DNA from: Planctomycetota bacterium
Lineage (GTDB): Bacteria > Planctomycetota > PLA2 > JAEUHO01
Assembly (NCBI GenBank): GCA_965223505.1
Contig: CBDCWP010000044.1
Span: 224,001 to 288,000 of the forward strand
Length of the DNA stretch: 64,000 nt
Direction of reading: 5' to 3'
In this document: piece by piece, positions 18,474 to 27,627 of the stretch
Position numbering within the stretch: the first letter of the stretch is position 1
Layout: each line of letters starts with the position of its first letter
The notes under the pieces: generated by a model
What the model saw: the letters and a program-made list of their open reading frames with translations, nothing else
The model's database searches: none
Told to the model about the DNA's origin: nothing
Translations under genes and position numbers: made by a program

Positions 18474-20540
18474 ATGCGTACCGTCCGGTTCACTCTCCTG
18501 GTCCTCGTCCTCCTCCTCACGCACGTCGCGCTCCTGCTCGGTTGCGGAACCAGCGGAAAACCGAACGATCCAGCCGAGCCCGTCTTCTCGATGTCTCTCT
18601 TCGGCCCGAACCCGCATCTGATCACGAACCCGCACTTCCCGCTCGTGCCCGGCACCACGACGCTGTCGCAGTCGGAGACCGACGAAGGCATGGAGACCCT
18701 CGTCTCCGAGGTGCTCGCGCCCACGCGCGTCGTCGCCGGGCTCGCGTGTCGCGTCGTGCGCGTGCGGGAGTATCTAGGCGAGCTGCTGGTCGAGGACGCC
18801 CACGACTGGTACGCGCAGGACGCCGCCGGCAACGTCTGGTACATGGGCGAAGACGTCGTCAACTACGAGTACGACGACGACGACAACTTGGTCGACACCA
18901 ACGGCGACGGCTCTTGGGAGGCCGGACTCGACATCGACGGCGTCGGCACGCCCGCCGCGCCGGGCATCATCATGAAGTCCACCCTGGTGGTGGGGGACAC
19001 GTACCGGCAGGAGTTCTACCCGACCGTGGCCGAGGACATGGGCGGGATCGCCGCGCTCAACGTACCGGTTGCGCTCGCCTGCGGGACCAACTACACGTGC
19101 CTGCAGACCCGCGACTGGAACCTGCTGGAGCCCGGTGTCTTCGAGCGCAAGTTCTACGCCCCGGGCATCGGGGTCGTCGCCGAAGAGGTCGAGGGCACGG
19201 ACGAGCGCGTGGAGATGCGTGGTGTCTTCCTGCCGACACCGGTCAGCTTGCCGAATCAGGGCGACGCGACCTTCTCGAACCCCACCGAGATCACCAACCC
19301 CTACTTTCCGCTTGCCGTCGAGACCATGCGGGGGCTCGTCGTGCCGACGGAGGAAGGCGGGGAGACCGTGATCCAGGAGGTGCTCGACGAGACCCGCGTC
19401 GTGAACGGCGTCACCTGCCGCGTCTTGCGGGTGCGGGAGTACGAAGGCGACCTGCTCAAGGAGGACACCAAAGACTGGTTCGCGCAGGACGACGCGGGCA
19501 ACGTCTGGTACTTCGGCGAGGAGGTCGTGAACTACGAGTACGACGACGACGACAACCTCGTCGACACGAACGACGACGGCTCGTGGGAAGCGGGCGTCGA
19601 CGGCGCGCTGGCCGGTGTCCAGATGTGGGCGGCGCCGGCGATCGGCGTGTCCTACTACCAGGAGTTCTATGCCGGTGAGGCCGAGGACATGGCAGTGCCG
19701 ATCGCGACGGGCGTCTCGCTCACGCTTCGCAACGGGATCTCGTACGACAACTGCCTGAAGACACTCGAGTGGACGCCGCTCGAGCCGAGTGTGATCGAGT
19801 TCAAGTACTACGCGCCCGGGGTCGGCCTGATCCAGGAGCAGCCGCTCGACGGGGAGTCGGAGGGCATCGAGCTCTTGGGGGTTCTCGACACGAGCTTGGG
19901 CACGTTGCCGAACTTCGCCGCGGCGACGTTCAGCGTGCCGGAGGTCATCACGAACCCGTATCTGCCCTTCGTGCCCGGAACGACCTGGGACTACGAGGTC
20001 GAGACCGACGAGGGCACCGAGACGATCTTCGTCGAGGTCTTGGCCACGACGCGCGTCGTCAACGGGCTGACGTGCACGGTGGTGCGGGACCGCGTGTTCC
20101 TCGACGGCCTCGAGATCGAGGACACGCACGACTGGTACGCGCAGGATGACGCCGGCAACGTCTGGTACATGGGCGAGGACGTCATCAACTACGAGTACGA
20201 CGAGAACGGCGTCCTCATCGGCACCGACAACGAGGGCGCGTGGGAGGCCGGTGTCGACGGGGCGTTGCCGGGCATCATCATGTGGGCCGTTCCCACAGTC
20301 GGGACGTCGTACCGACAGGAGTTCTACGAGGACGAGGCCGAGGACATGGCGGTCGTCATTGCCACCGGCGTGAGCATCACGCTCGGCGACGGCACGATCT
20401 ACAACAACTGCGTGCAGGTCCTCGAGTGGTCGCCGCTGGGACCGGAGTCGCTGGAATACAAGTTCGCGGCGCCCGGCATCGGCGTGGTTCTGGAGCTCAA
20501 GCCGTCTTCCGAAGAGGCCGTCGAGCTCGTGGGGCCCTGA
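18474..20540 (+). CDS. Acidic lipoprotein with three tandem repeats of about 220 aa
   Basis: LLGC lipobox; repeats start at ITNP (18621, 19290, 19947), each with DW.AQD.AGNVWY.GE, WEAG.DG, Y.QEFY...AED and APG.G. Confidence 0.85.
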   Translation: MRTVRFTLLVLVLLLTHVALLLGCGTSGKPNDPAEPVFSMSLFGPNPHLITNPHFPLVPGTTTLSQSETDEGMETLVSEVLAPTRVVAGLACRVVRVREYLGELLVEDAHDWYAQDAAGNVWYMGEDVVNYEYDDDDNLVDTNGDGSWEAGLDIDGVGTPAAPGIIMKSTLVVGDTYRQEFYPTVAEDMGGIAALNVPVALACGTNYTCLQTRDWNLLEPGVFERKFYAPGIGVVAEEVEGTDERVEMRGVFLPTPVSLPNQGDATFSNPTEITNPYFPLAVETMRGLVVPTEEGGETVIQEVLDETRVVNGVTCRVLRVREYEGDLLKEDTKDWFAQDDAGNVWYFGEEVVNYEYDDDDNLVDTNDDGSWEAGVDGALAGVQMWAAPAIGVSYYQEFYAGEAEDMAVPIATGVSLTLRNGISYDNCLKTLEWTPLEPSVIEFKYYAPGVGLIQEQPLDGESEGIELLGVLDTSLGTLPNFAAATFSVPEVITNPYLPFVPGTTWDYEVETDEGTETIFVEVLATTRVVNGLTCTVVRDRVFLDGLEIEDTHDWYAQDDAGNVWYMGEDVINYEYDENGVLIGTDNEGAWEAGVDGALPGIIMWAVPTVGTSYRQEFYEDEAEDMAVVIATGVSITLGDGTIYNNCVQVLEWSPLGPESLEYKFAAPGIGVVLELKPSSEEAVELVGP

Positions 20541-20549
20541 GCCACGCGA

Positions 20550-20987
20550 TCAGCTCGAGGCGCCCGGCTCGGTGGGCATCGACGCCAGCCACGCCGTGAC
20601 GGCGAGGCACAGCGCGATCAAGACGCCGCGCAGGATCCAGCTCTGGGTCGCGAACACGGTCGTCAGGCCGAACGACAGCAGAGTGAACACGATCGCCGCT
20701 GCCTTCGCCCGCGGCGGGAGGTAACGGCCCTCCTCGCCGCTGCGGCAGATGGGGCCGAAGAACCGGTTCGAGCGCAGCCAACGGTGCGCCGGTTCCCACG
20801 CGCGCGCATAGCAGCCTGCTGCCAGCAGCACGAACGGCGTCGTCGGGACGAGCGGCAAGATCACGCCCAACACGGCGAAGGCGAGCGACACCGTGCCACC
20901 GACGATCAAGGCCGCGCGCACGCTCCATGACGTGCGTGCACCGGCGTCGTCTTCGGGGGTGGGGGGCATGGCGCGCACATCGTCCAC
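20550..20987 (-). CDS. YbaN/DUF454 family membrane protein
   Basis: LGVILPLVPTTPFVLLAA motif. Confidence 0.9.
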   Translation of the reverse strand: MDDVRAMPPTPEDDAGARTSWSVRAALIVGGTVSLAFAVLGVILPLVPTTPFVLLAAGCYARAWEPAHRWLRSNRFFGPICRSGEEGRYLPPRAKAAAIVFTLLSFGLTTVFATQSWILRGVLIALCLAVTAWLASMPTEPGASS

Positions 20988-21011
20988 GGATGCAGGTGCG
21001 GTTCAAGCGGT

Positions 21012-21752
21012 TCAGCGGACGCGGCGGAACACGTCGAGAGAGAATCCCATGGTCTCGCGTCCCCACCGCTGCTGTGCGGCGTTCCACGCCCGCTTCTCGG
21101 CGATCATTGCATCGACGGCCGGATCGCCGGCGTGCGCGTCGGCATACGACTCGTGGTTCGCGAGCACGGTGCCTTCGAGTCGATCCCATGCCTCTCGGGA
21201 TGCGATCTGATGCCGCTCGCTCTCGAAGCCGCATCGCCGCGCGACATCGAGAAACGACTCGCGATCGCGCAGTGCGTCCGCGGGCAACCCCGTTGCCTCG
21301 AGGTACTCGACGGGCGGCGGCTGCATCCAGAAACCGTCGCCGTAGATCAGCCACCCGTCGCCGCGAAGCCAGCGCGCGTAGAGCCGCAGCGTCTCGTCGA
21401 GTCGGTCGTCTCGATACGGCCCGCCGTTTGCGATGACCACATCGAACGAATCGTCCGCGAACGCCAGGTCGTCGGCATCGCACGCGAGCCAGGCCGCGTC
21501 GGCGTCAGGCACTCGGGCCTGGAGGGCCGATCGCGCGAGCCCGAGCGCCGCCTCGGATCGATCGACGCCCGTGATCCGCGCGCCGAGCCGTTCTGCGAGA
21601 TCGATCAACGTCGTGCCCCGGCCGCAACCGACGTCGAGCGCCGACAACCCTGCGGGCAGCGGCAGCGACGCGAGCAGCTCCCTTACGTCCGCAGCGGAGA
21701 CCGGCCCCCACATGTCGAGGCCGGCGTAGTGATCGATGTCGCTCCGGCCCAT
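21012..21752 (-). CDS. Class I SAM-dependent methyltransferase
   Basis: LDVGCGRG, TGVD and FADDSFDVV motifs. Confidence 0.9.
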   Translation of the reverse strand: MGRSDIDHYAGLDMWGPVSAADVRELLASLPLPAGLSALDVGCGRGTTLIDLAERLGARITGVDRSEAALGLARSALQARVPDADAAWLACDADDLAFADDSFDVVIANGGPYRDDRLDETLRLYARWLRGDGWLIYGDGFWMQPPPVEYLEATGLPADALRDRESFLDVARRCGFESERHQIASREAWDRLEGTVLANHESYADAHAGDPAVDAMIAEKRAWNAAQQRWGRETMGFSLDVFRRVR

Positions 21753-21810
21753 GGCGCCGAGCCTACCGCGGCGGATCGACGCCCGGGCGAAGCGTGTCTA
21801 TACTTCGCCG

Positions 21811-23082
21811 ATGCGCAATCTGATTCTCGCGTGCGCCGTGCTGGCGCTCTCGCCCGTCGTCCTTGCCGAGGAGCTCACCGAAGCGTCCGCTCCGATCTTC
21901 TCCGAGCCGATCCAGGTCATGGCCGACGGCGTCCCGATCGCGGTCGAGGCGCCCGGATTCGCCTGCCCGACCTTCCACGACGTGGACGGAGACGGATTGC
22001 GTGACCTCGTGGTCGGGCAGTTCAAAGAGGGGAAGCTCCGACTCTTCAAGAACGTCGGCAGCGCCAAGGCGCCCAAGTTCGCGAAGGGCGAGTGGCTCAT
22101 GACCGGCGAGAAGGCCGCGGTCGTTCCCGGCGTGTGGTGATGCACCAGCTCCACGCCGCAGTTTGCGGACATGAACGGTGACGGCCGGCTCGACATCGTC
22201 TCCGGTTGCTACAGCCAACGCGGGCAAGCGATGGTGGCGCCCGTCTGGGTGCTCTACCGCAACGAGGCCGGCGACTTCGCCGAAGCGGTCGCGCTCAAGA
22301 ACGACGCCGACGAGCACATCGTCGCGCGGGACATGGAGGGCGTGGTGACGGAGCGCATCTGCACCGAGCCCTTCGCCTTCGACTGGGACGCGGACGGGGA
22401 CCTCGACTTCGTCATCGGGAACTTCAGCGGAGCGTTCCTGCTAGCGATCAACGTCGGGACGGCGAAGGAGCCGAAATTCGAGGGCAAGCCCGAGTACCTG
22501 ACCAACGCCGCGGGCGAGCGCCTGAAGGTCAACGGCAATCACAGCGCGCCCTTCCTGGTGGACTGGGACGGCGACGGCGACGTGGACCTGCTCAGCGGCA
22601 CCGGCGGGGGCGGGGTCCAGATCGCCGAGAACGATCCGGGCGAGGACGGCGCGCACCGCTTCTCCGACTTCCGCGAGCTGATCCCCGCACCCGACATGCG
22701 CGCGTCGGCGGCGATCTGTCCGCCCGACACACCGGTGACGCCCGCGTCATCGTGGCGCATCTGCGTGGCGGATTACGACGGCGACGGCAAGCTCGACATC
22801 ATCGTCGGGGACTGCTTGCGCCGCAGTCATCCCAAGGGCGAGCTGACCGTCGAAGAAGCAACGGCGGAACAGGCGAAGTGGATCGAGAAGAACAACGAGT
22901 TGCGCGACGAGATGACCGCGCTGCGCAAGCAGCTGGCCGAGGCGACCGAGAACGAGGCGCAGGAGGAGCTGGCCGCCAAGGTCAAGGAGCTCAACCAGGC
23001 GCGCAGCGACCACTACCGGGCCCGCAGCGAGTTCATCGACGCCGTGTCCACCGGCCACGTCTGGGTCTACCTTCGCAAGTAG
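21811..23082 (+). CDS. Putative selenoprotein: exported FG-GAP/VCBS repeat protein with UC motif (in-frame TGA 22138-22140)
   Basis: Signal peptide and first D.DGDG repeat before the TGA; VPGVW-TGA-CTSSTPQFADMNGDG continues in frame into four more repeats; 423 aa. Confidence 0.85.
22141..22180 (+). promoter_or_regulatory. SECIS-like hairpin
   Basis: CACC/GGTG basal stem; CCGCA/TGCGG upper stem; loop GTT 20 nt after the TGA. Confidence 0.6.
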
Positions 23083-23097
23083 CCTTTCTCCGTCGCG

Positions 23098-23349
23098 CTA
23101 GCTCTCTTTGCGGCTTCGAAGGTAGGTTTCCCACAGCTTCGCGGCGTCGGTGACGAACACCGTGGCGTGACCGCAATCGCCGCAGATGCGCGCGCGCACC
23201 TTGCCGTAGCGGCCGCGCTTCTCGAGGGGATCGTCCGGCGCCTCGTATACCTCCACGTTGAGGTCCAGCTCGTAGCCGTCCTCGTGATCGATCACCCGCG
23301 CATTCGGGATGATCTTGTCGGAACCGCAGCTCGTGCACGTCGCGCTCAT
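23098..23349 (-). CDS. Small zinc-ribbon-like protein
   Basis: GGAG RBS; CTSCGS ... ICGDCGH. Confidence 0.75.
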   Translation of the reverse strand: MSATCTSCGSDKIIPNARVIDHEDGYELDLNVEVYEAPDDPLEKRGRYGKVRARICGDCGHATVFVTDAAKLWETYLRSRKES

Positions 23350-23500
23350 CTGGTGTTCTCCCGCATCCAGAATACGCAAGGATCGCGGCGTTGCGAGCCG
23401 CTCCGCGCCGCGCGCGACCGTTGCGACCGACGATTGCGAGACAGTCCGCGGGTTGCGTGGGGTTCCGCTCGCAAGCGGCCCTCGACGACACGGCCGTTCT

Positions 23501-25729
23501 CTACACGAGCTGCCCCGCGAAGGGTCCCGCGTTGTGGACGAGGATCGTCGGCGGCAGCGTGGCGACCAGCTGGTTGAGCCGGACGGCCGCCTCGCGTTCT
23601 TCACCTTCGTTCGGAACGCCGATGCCGAGGAAGACGACGTCCGCCGCGCTGCTCGCGGCGTGAATGGTGTCCGCGACACTGGTGTCCGGTTCCTTGACCG
23701 TCACGTGGGTGTGTGCGTGGATGCGTGTCTCGGCAACGAGCGTCTCGAGCGCCGTCTCCATGGCCGCGCGCTCGTGCTCCTTGCGAACGATCGTATGCAT
23801 GTGGATGCTCGCCGCGCTCCACTGCCGGTTGAGCTTCAGAAGGTGCGCGAGCAACAGCATCAGATCGCCGTTGTGCTCGCGGCCGCGCCACCACAGGTCG
23901 ATGCGACGCCGCCGGCGGGGTCCCTCCGCCTCGGGCAGCCGAACCAGCAGCGTGTTGAGGTTCAGGCGCGCGAGCGCCCGCGTCGTTCGCAGCAACATCT
24001 CGAGCCCTTCGTCGCCGCCCGACCAACCGAACATCATCGTGTTCGACTGCAGGCCCGCGAAGCCGTTGGCCTGCGCGATCCCGACGATGCCCGACTCGAA
24101 GTCGGGCACCACGTGGACCTCGGAGAACGCGACGAGGCGGTCGGCCTCCAAGGTCTCTTCCATCTCACGGCGCGCGCCGTCGATGTCGATGTGCTCCTTC
24201 GCCAGATCGCCGACGATCACCTGGCACACCGTCACGACACCGCGGTGCTGGTTGAACCAGTCGGCGAACCGCACGAGTCCGATGCGATTCGCCGGGTTCG
24301 CCGTGAAAACGAGGATGTTCGGCCGCCAGTTGCGGGCCTCGGTGCCGCGCTTGCGCAGCTTCATCAAGGCGAACCGGGCGAGCGCCACCCAGAGGCCTGC
24401 GCGCACGTCGCCCCATGTGCTCTTCAGCGCCTTGCGGCGCAAGAACAGGAAGATCGCCAGCTCGAGTCCGATCGCGGCGATGCAGACGAGCGGGCTTAGA
24501 AGGAACATGATCGCGACCGCGCCGAAGCTACCGAGGAGCGACAGATACCAGGGCACGTTGATGGTCGGCCGGTAGGACGGGTCCCCGACGAGCTTCTCGA
24601 GCGCGGCCGTCAGGTTGACCGTCACGTAGAGCGTCAGGAAGAAGATGGTCACCCACCGGCCGACCTCGTTGAGGTCGCCCAGCGCGACCGCCGCGAGCGC
24701 GATGGCGCCCGTCGCCCAGGTGGCGATCGTCGGCTGTCCCGTCTTGCTCATGCGTGCGAGCACGCCCGGGGCGAGCTTGTCGCTTGCAAGCGCCTGCAGC
24801 ACGCGGGGTCCGCCCAGCGCGCTGCCGAACGCGGACGAGAGAATCGCGCCCCACAAGCCCGGGTAGATCAACACCATTCCGAGCCACGCGACCTTCGACC
24901 AGATCGGCGGCGCGGTCGGATCGAGCGCCGCGAGCTGTTCCCCGTCGACCTTCGCGGTGCAACCCAGCATCACGAGGATCAGCAGGTACACGATCGCGCC
25001 GGTGAGCACGGCGAGGATCGTGCCGCGCGGAATCGACCGCTGCGAATCCTTGAGGTCTCCGCTCATGCCGATGCCCGCGGTGAATCCCGTCACGGCCGGG
25101 AAGAACACGGCGAAGACGAACCAGAACCCGCCGTTCGCCGAGCGCTCGTAGTGCGCCGTCATCTCCGGTTCGGTGAGCGGCCCGCTCAAGGCGCCGCCGA
25201 CGAGCGCGATGACGCTCAGCCCGACGGCGACCATGATCGGAAGCTGCAGCTTCAGCGCGAGATTGGCGCTCTTCCCCGCGATGGCCGTCGTCACGACGAT
25301 GATGCCCGCCGCCATGAGCTGGATGGGGGCGGCGCCCCACTCGGCCGGCCAGAACGGAGCGACCGACTCCGCCAGGCCGAACGCGTACAGCGTGAGGCTC
25401 AGGGTGCGGCACAGGAAGAGCGGAATCCCGATCGCCCCGCCCAGCTCCTTGCCGAGGCTCCGCGAGACCATGTAGTACTCACCGCCGACCCCGACCTTCA
25501 TGTTGGTGGAGATGGCGGACGCGCTCAGACCGGTGATCAGCGTGATGCCGCTCGCGAGCAGCACCGTCAACAGCGCGAGCGGCAACCCCAGATTGCCGAG
25601 CACCCACCCGAAGCGCAGGTACATCATCACGCCGAGAATCGTCAGGATGCTCGGCGTGTAGACGCCGAGGAAGGTCCCGAACTTGGTCGCAGGTTGGACC
25701 GGCACCCCGGCTGTCGTGCGGCTCGTCAC
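23501..25729 (-). CDS. Cation-chloride cotransporter (SLC12, NKCC/KCC-like)
   Basis: KFGTFLGVYTP..LTILGV.MYLR.GW, GG.YYM.SRSLG.E.GG, FFPAVTG, SGDLK, NWRPNILV and IDLWW motifs. Confidence 0.92.
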   Translation of the reverse strand: MTSRTTAGVPVQPATKFGTFLGVYTPSILTILGVMMYLRFGWVLGNLGLPLALLTVLLASGITLITGLSASAISTNMKVGVGGEYYMVSRSLGKELGGAIGIPLFLCRTLSLTLYAFGLAESVAPFWPAEWGAAPIQLMAAGIIVVTTAIAGKSANLALKLQLPIMVAVGLSVIALVGGALSGPLTEPEMTAHYERSANGGFWFVFAVFFPAVTGFTAGIGMSGDLKDSQRSIPRGTILAVLTGAIVYLLILVMLGCTAKVDGEQLAALDPTAPPIWSKVAWLGMVLIYPGLWGAILSSAFGSALGGPRVLQALASDKLAPGVLARMSKTGQPTIATWATGAIALAAVALGDLNEVGRWVTIFFLTLYVTVNLTAALEKLVGDPSYRPTINVPWYLSLLGSFGAVAIMFLLSPLVCIAAIGLELAIFLFLRRKALKSTWGDVRAGLWVALARFALMKLRKRGTEARNWRPNILVFTANPANRIGLVRFADWFNQHRGVVTVCQVIVGDLAKEHIDIDGARREMEETLEADRLVAFSEVHVVPDFESGIVGIAQANGFAGLQSNTMMFGWSGGDEGLEMLLRTTRALARLNLNTLLVRLPEAEGPRRRRRIDLWWRGREHNGDLMLLLAHLLKLNRQWSAASIHMHTIVRKEHERAAMETALETLVAETRIHAHTHVTVKEPDTSVADTIHAASSAADVVFLGIGVPNEGEEREAAVRLNQLVATLPPTILVHNAGPFAGQLV

Positions 25730-25874
25730 GGGAGCGAAGACTACAGCCCCACTACCACGCGCCGCTACGATCGGTTTTCCGCGCGCAGCGGCCCGGCGCG
25801 CGGGTCGCCGGGCGGTGGGGGCGCCGCGCAGCGCCGCTGACGGTAGACTCTCGCTCCGACTTCAGGAGCCCTCG

Positions 25875-27524
25875 ATGTCGCTCAAGCCTCGTCACCTCAA
25901 GCGCTACAAGGACCTCTTCGTTCTGTTCCTGAAGCACCGCAAGCAGATGGCGGTCGAGGCGATGGCGAAGACGCCCGCCTTCATCAACGACGCCGTCGAC
26001 AGCTCGAAGATCCCGGACGGCAAGCCCGAGGAGCTGGCCGCCGACCTCGAGCGGATGGGGCCGACGTTCATCAAGCTCGGCCAGGTGCTCTCGACGCGCG
26101 CCGACCTGATGCCGAAACCGTATCTCGACGCGCTCGCCCGGCTCCAGGACGACGTCAAGCCGTTCGCGCTGGAGGACGTCTCGGCGATCGTCGAGGAGGA
26201 GCTCGGGATCGGCGTCGACGACGCCTTTTCGTCGTTCGATCCGGAGCCGTTGGCCGCGGCGTCCCTGGCGCAGGTCCACCGCGCCACGCTCGCCAACGGA
26301 CGCGACGTGATCGTCAAGGTGCAACGCCCCAACATCGTGCAGACGATCATGGACGATCTCGATGCGCTCGACGACCTGACCAAGTTCATCGATCGCCACA
26401 CCGACGTGGGCCGGCGCTATTCGTTCAACGACATGTTCGAGGAGTTCCGCGTCAATCTGCTCGCCGAGCTCGACTACCGCCAGGAGGCGCGCAACCTCGA
26501 GCGCATGAGCGAGATCCTCTCGGGGTACGCGCGCATCACCCTGCCGTCGTCGGTGCCCGAGTGCACTACGCGCCGCATCTTGACGATGGACTTCGTCGAA
26601 GGCCGGCCGATCGACGACGTCGGCAAGTTCGGGCGGACGGAGATCGACGGACGCGGGTTGGCGGAAGATCTGGCCGAGGCGTACCTCGATCAGATTCTCG
26701 TCGAGGGGTTCTTCCACGCCGATCCGCATCCGGGCAACGTCCTGCTCACGCCCGACAGCAAGATCGCGTTGCTCGACCTGGGCATGGTCGTGCGCGTCGA
26801 GCCCGACTTGCGCTACCAGCTGGTTCGCCTGCTGATGTCGCTCGGCGACGGCCGCGGCAACGACGTGGCGCGCATCCTGGCGGACCTGGGCACGCGCCTC
26901 GAAGACTTCGACGAGCAGGACTACACGCGCACGATCTCCAACCTGGTCGTGCGTTACAGCAACGTGGTGGTCTCGGAGGCCAATCCGGGCCGCATGCTGA
27001 TGGACATCGCCCAGGCCGCCGCGCAGACCGGGCTGCGGCCGCCCGCGAGCCTCGTCATGCTCGGCCGGACCATGGCCCATCTGGCGGACGTCACGGAGGC
27101 GCTCGATCCCAAGTTCAATCCGAACGCCCTCATGCGCCGCCGCGCGCAGAAGCTGATCCGCCAGCACATGACGCAGCGCCTGTCGCCGGCGGAGATCTTC
27201 AACACCTTCCTGGAGTCCGGTGACCTGGTCCAGCGCCTGCCAGAGCGGCTCAATCGGATTCTCGAGACCGCCTCGAACAACGACTTCAGGATCAAGCTCG
27301 GCATGGCCGACGGCAACGCGGCGACCAGCTTCCGTCGTACGGCCAACCGCATGATCCTCGGCATCTTGCTGGCGGCGCTCCTGATCGCGGCGGGGCTGTT
27401 CAGCGGCTCGGACTCCGAGGCTCGCATCTGGGGCTACCCGGCGATCTCGATGCTGCTCATCATGGCGGCCGTCGGGCTGGGGATCTTCCTCCTGCTCGGG
27501 CGCCTCCTCGGCCGGGATCAGTAG
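25875..27524 (+). CDS. ABC1/UbiB/AarF family atypical kinase
   Basis: GPTFIKLGQ.LSTR.D, AAASLAQVH, VKVQRP, FFHADPHPGN and LDLGM motifs. Confidence 0.95.
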   Translation: MSLKPRHLKRYKDLFVLFLKHRKQMAVEAMAKTPAFINDAVDSSKIPDGKPEELAADLERMGPTFIKLGQVLSTRADLMPKPYLDALARLQDDVKPFALEDVSAIVEEELGIGVDDAFSSFDPEPLAAASLAQVHRATLANGRDVIVKVQRPNIVQTIMDDLDALDDLTKFIDRHTDVGRRYSFNDMFEEFRVNLLAELDYRQEARNLERMSEILSGYARITLPSSVPECTTRRILTMDFVEGRPIDDVGKFGRTEIDGRGLAEDLAEAYLDQILVEGFFHADPHPGNVLLTPDSKIALLDLGMVVRVEPDLRYQLVRLLMSLGDGRGNDVARILADLGTRLEDFDEQDYTRTISNLVVRYSNVVVSEANPGRMLMDIAQAAAQTGLRPPASLVMLGRTMAHLADVTEALDPKFNPNALMRRRAQKLIRQHMTQRLSPAEIFNTFLESGDLVQRLPERLNRILETASNNDFRIKLGMADGNAATSFRRTANRMILGILLAALLIAAGLFSGSDSEARIWGYPAISMLLIMAAVGLGIFLLLGRLLGRDQ

Positions 27525-27627
27525 CTCACGGCGTCGGTTCGGCGGTCGAGGGTCGAGAGTCCCGCTCGCGCCGCGTACGAGTCGATATTCTTGAAACGAT
27601 ATCGCCCCCGGTGTCGTGGAAGAGTTG

